Origin: an uncultured Nitrososphaerota archaeon
GTDB taxonomy: Archaea > Thermoproteota > Nitrososphaeria > Nitrososphaerales > Gagatemarchaeaceae
Length of the DNA: 64,000 bases
Assembly (NCBI GenBank): GCA_963703285.1
Contig: OY969807.1
Location: 1,536,001-1,600,000 of the forward strand
Reading direction: 5' to 3'
The position numbers and the translations under genes were made by a program. Below are positions 58,900 to 64,000 of this stretch, in pieces; within the stretch, counting starts at the first letter, position 1, and each line of letters starts with the position of its first letter. A model generated the notes under the pieces. It saw only the letters and a list, made by a program, of their open reading frames with translations, was not told the origin of the DNA and made no database searches.

Positions 58900-60874
58900 T
58901 TTATTAAACAGTCGGGACCCCCTCGTTATTGCAACCTGCGATCCCAGTTCAACACTAAGAACGCAGGCACCACTTTTCGCTAACTTACGTGGCTAATTTG
59001 CCGAGTTCCCTTACCTACAGTTCCCCGACACGCCTTAGGCTTCTCACCTAGGATCACTGGTGTCGGATCTAGGTACGAGCTTCAGTATCCCTATCCTCCT
59101 ATGTTTTCACTGTCTCCGGGAATGGGCCTAACGATCCCAACGGACCGCTATTCTCCCCTCGGAGGAGTTCTCGTCATTACGACACTCCCTCCCCCTTGGA
59201 TGATTAAACAGAGCGAATAACTCTGTAAGGCTCGTCTCGAAGCATCATAGGTGATGTTTTCTTGCGAATTTTCGGAATACCGAAGGCTGCGGAATATTAA
59301 CCGCATTCCCTCATTCGACCAATACTGTTGAGTTTGGTCTTAGGATCGGCTAACTCCTGGCTGATGACGCATTGCCAGGAAAACCGTGTCCTTTCGGCGG
59401 TCAGGATTCTCACCCGACTACGCTGCTACTACTACCGGGATCTGCACTGGAGGTCGGTCCACTGGATCTCACGACCCAGCTTCTACCCAACCACCACGCC
59501 CATCTACCACATACCACCCACAAGGTGGCAGTCCAGAGTATCGGTACTTGGCTTTAGCCCCGTCCATTTTCGGGGCCCTCAACCTCGGCAGGTGAGCTGT
59601 TACGCTTTCTTTGAAGGGTAGCTGCTTCTAAGCTTACCTCCCTGCTGTTTTAGGTCAAAGACTCCCTTTTGCTTGACACTTAGCCAAAATTTGGGGACCT
59701 TAACTCTAGTCTGGGTTAACCCCCTCTCGGTTATGAGGCTTACCCCACATAAACCCGCCTCCCCGCGTCTACTGCGTTGACACATTCGGAGTTCAAGAAG
59801 AAAGTGGACCCTTTCGGATCCTTGTTTTCTCGTTGGTGCTCTACAGCGTCAACTACATCGGCGGAGACAGGACTGGGATCCGCTTCGATGGGAACTAGCA
59901 ATCACCGAACTAGATAGGCTTTTGGCCCCTTGGCCAGAATCAGGGGACTAAATTGCACGTTAAGACCCTTGCAGTCCTCGACCAGGCTTTCGCCCGGCTT
60001 CAACTTGTTCTGGCCACGATCGATCGGTTTCTAGTCTAATCCGCCATGACTTAAAGGCCCTTTCAGACCTCCTGCCAGGCCCCTTGCGGGGTTACGCAGA
60101 ATCGCTTTCGCTTCGCCTCCGGGCTTTGAACCCTTAGGCTCGCCATGACAAATAACTCCCCGGCCCGTGTTTCTAGACGGAACTCAGGACACTGAGGCAC
60201 TTAACCCACGTTGAGGACCCTTGCAGGTTATCTCGGCGGGCCGAAGCCCACGTTGAACCCCTGTTCGGGTGGTCTCGCTGCGGAATCATACCTCTTTCAT
60301 GCCCTGAACGTCTGTAGCTGGATGGTTTCAGGCTCTTTGCACACCCCTTTCGGGGTACTTTTCAGCTTTCCCTCGCGGTACTAGTGCTCTATCGGTCTTG
60401 GTTTGTGTTTAGTCTTGGGGGCTGCTTTCCCCCGTCTTCCCTAGCCACTGCCAAAGCCCGTTACTCTGCCTTTCGCACGACCTCGTCGTCGAACAGCCTA
60501 CAGGACTATCACCTGATATTGTCTGCCTTTCCAGGCAAGTTCGGCCGCACGACTTCAGGGTCGCATATGCTAAGGCGAACCCCACATCTCCCGGCCCTTT
60601 CGGGCAAGGATTCGGTTTGGACTCTCCCGCGTTGGGTCGCCCCTACTGACGGGATCTCAGTTGATTTCTCTTCCTCCTGGTACTCAGATGTTTCCTTCCC
60701 CAGGGTTTGCGTTCCTTGCGGAACGGAAGGATGCCTTGCGGCAGTCCTCCCAGATTGGAATCCATTCGGGAATCTCCGGATCGAAGGATGCTTGCGCCTC
60801 CCCGGAGCTTATCGCAGCTTACCGCGCCCTTCTTCGCCATACCAAGCCAAGCCATTCACCATACAGCGTCGTTG

Positions 60875-60926
60875 TGTCGGATGATTAACATCCCCGGCGG
60901 ATGCTTGCGCGAACCCTATGCATGGC
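60875..60926 (-). other. 5' arm of the 23S processing stem (BHB partner)
   Basis: Transcript reads GCCAUGCAUAGGGUUC-GCGC-AAG-CAUCCGCCGGGG...UCAUCCGACAC. Confidence 0.9.
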
Positions 60927-61034
60927 AACATCGCAGGGGCGCCCGCGTAGGCCCGTCCTTGCCCTGCTAGCCCTTCCTATCGCACTCATCGTGCGACAGT
61001 GCATCTTTACGTCTGACGTCTGGCTTCGCTCTTC

Positions 61035-61066
61035 ACTCCATTGCAGTGCGTATCCAAGCTCCCGAT
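61035..61066 (-). other. 3' arm of the 16S processing stem
   Basis: Pairs with 62581-62611 to give a BHB: helix GCAG/CUGC, bulges UAA and AAU. Confidence 0.88.
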
Positions 61067-61076
61067 CGTTGTACTA

Positions 61077-62574
<1,498 letters not shown>

Positions 62575-62580
62575 CGATTT

Positions 62581-62611
62581 ATCGGGAGTTGGATACGCAT
62601 TACTGCGGAGT
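62581..62611 (-). other. 5' arm of the 16S processing stem
   Basis: Inverted repeat of 61035-61066. Confidence 0.88.
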
Positions 62612-62765
62612 TAAAGCAAAGCCAATGTCAGATCTAACTATTCGTTAGATCTCCACTTTTTGTGCGCGCATCTGGAGGCCGTGCATATCATAGACCTGGG
62701 CTCTGCCCTTAACTCAACGCAGGCGCCGCCAAGCTATGCGCAAATCTCCCGGAGGTTTCAGGTCG

Positions 62766-62780
62766 GGATATAAACGTTCC
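62766..62780 (-). promoter_or_regulatory. Probable rRNA operon TATA box
   Basis: Minus strand GGAACGTTTATATCC about 195 nt upstream of the 16S gene. Confidence 0.6.
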
Positions 62781-62872
62781 CGGAATCGCGGCTCAAAACC
62801 GGGCCTTTGGCCGAAGCCGGAAGCCGGGGTTTTCATCGGCGAAAATCCGATGCCGACCCGTTTTCGGAGGGC

Positions 62873-63433
62873 CTAGCTTCTGTGCCACCAGAGGGCGAGC
62901 GCGGCGACGGCGACGCCGAGGACCAAGATTGCCGCTCCGGGAAGGAGATACCCGACGGAGAGAGGGAGGAAGGAGACCGCTACAATCGCGACGCCCAGGT
63001 AGGTCACCCTTTCCCAGTTGCTGATGGATAAGACGTCGGACTTCAGCTCCTTCCTGTATCTGCCGAGAAGTATCAACAGCGCGGAGGCGGCGACGATCGA
63101 GACGACGACGAAGTAGGTCAGGTCGGAGTGGTAGTTCCCGAGAGTGAGCAGGAGGCCGCTCTCGTCTCCCACGAGCCCCCCACCGAGGCCGAAGACGACG
63201 GCGTAGGCCCGCCTGAAGCGCGGGTCGTCACGCGCAATACCCAGCCACCCAGAGACGACAATCATCGCGAGCCCGTACCAGAAGTGATGGAAGTGGATGC
63301 CGCCCGTGACGACGACGGTGCTCGGGAAGAGTGTCGTGAACGCGCGGGCGGTGAGGAAGGCTACTACGAAGGACAAGAGGGCGAGGAAGGCGAGTCCGTG
63401 AGGAGTGCTGGTCCGGTCGCGGTCTCCGGGCAT
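62873..63433 (-). CDS. Conserved membrane protein
   Basis: GGIHFHHFWYGL, FGLGGGL..DE motifs, about 6 TMs. Confidence 0.75.
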   Translation of the reverse strand: MPGDRDRTSTPHGLAFLALLSFVVAFLTARAFTTLFPSTVVVTGGIHFHHFWYGLAMIVVSGWLGIARDDPRFRRAYAVVFGLGGGLVGDESGLLLTLGNYHSDLTYFVVVSIVAASALLILLGRYRKELKSDVLSISNWERVTYLGVAIVAVSFLPLSVGYLLPGAAILVLGVAVAALALWWHRS

Positions 63434-63496
63434 CAAACCGTGTGCATCTCGGGCGCTATTAGAGCGTTGAAGGTCCATCCAACGGGACGGAGGCGG

Positions 63497-64000
63497 CTAG
63501 GCTCGAGCGTCCGGAGCGTCCTTGGGCACGACCCACTCCTCAAAGTCGAAAATCCGGCGGAAGCCCATCCTGTGGTAGATGGGGAAGCCAAGGGGGCTGG
63601 CTTGGAGGGAGACGGTGTCAGACCCATTGGTGATGCCGTCGCGCACGGCCGCCCAGGTCACGGCCTCGCCGTAGCCGCGCCCGCTAGCCCTGGGCAGGGT
63701 GCTCACGCCGAGGATTACGGTCACGCCGTCGGAGGAGTAGGACACGGAGGTAGCAACGGCCCTCCCCGAGGCCCAGCCGAGGTGGCAGGTGAATCCGCCA
63801 GGCTCCAAGCTCCTCCTGTTCGCCATGAACCTGAAGAGGTTGCGCCGGCCCTCCCCGAACCCGAGCCAGCTGGTACGGGCCCAGGTCCGCAAACCGTCGA
63901 CGGTCTCCACCGTGCGGACCTCCAGGCCCTTCGGAGGAGGCGGTATGGATACCTCCGCTGGGTTCAGGACCATCTCGGGGACGGCCCGGCGCGCCGATAT
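63497..64000 (-). CDS. GNAT-family acetyltransferase, 5'-truncated by the window edge
   Basis: V.TLP...GRGYG, LQASPLG.PIY.RMGF. Confidence 0.85.
   Translation of the reverse strand: MSARRAVPEMVLNPAEVSIPPPPKGLEVRTVETVDGLRTWARTSWLGFGEGRRNLFRFMANRRSLEPGGFTCHLGWASGRAVATSVSYSSDGVTVILGVSTLPRASGRGYGEAVTWAAVRDGITNGSDTVSLQASPLGFPIYHRMGFRRIFDFEEWVVPKDAPDARA

Noticed and set aside
60927-61034. tRNA-Ala in the ITS, or 5S rRNA after the 23S gene
   Set aside because: No cloverleaf or T-loop motif in the short ITS, and no 5S-like sequence downstream

Overview
Archaeal DNA; the 16S 5' end and the 16S-23S operon layout (no tRNA in the ITS, no linked 5S) point to a Nitrososphaerota/Thaumarchaeota-type genome. 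The right end holds a minus-strand 16S-23S operon. Its 23S gene carries three introns: two group I introns (E. coli-equivalent L2500 and L1931) and one archaeal-type intron with a LAGLIDADG gene. The main feature lies downstream of the 23S gene. For about 55 kb the DNA is broken by about 38 same-orientation copies of one motif (core GGGTTCATTGCGCCTCC, often extended to GCCATG..TAGGGTTCATTGCGCCTCCGCCGGGGCATTTCATCCACACGTTGGGC). This motif is the 3' arm of the 23S rRNA bulge-helix-bulge (BHB) processing stem. Successive copies bracket mostly 0.5-2 kb units of one or two genes, often with their own TATA box. The units include about 10 toxin-antitoxin pairs, defence-like nucleases, methyltransferases and detoxification enzymes. 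Two larger units are a 15 kb catabolic block and a 5.5 kb ATPase/exonuclease element next to the rRNA. The layout resembles a superintegron, but it uses an rRNA-processing site as the junction, and I recognise no integrase in the window. Coordinates and counts were read by eye; protein calls rest on motif recognition, not database searches.
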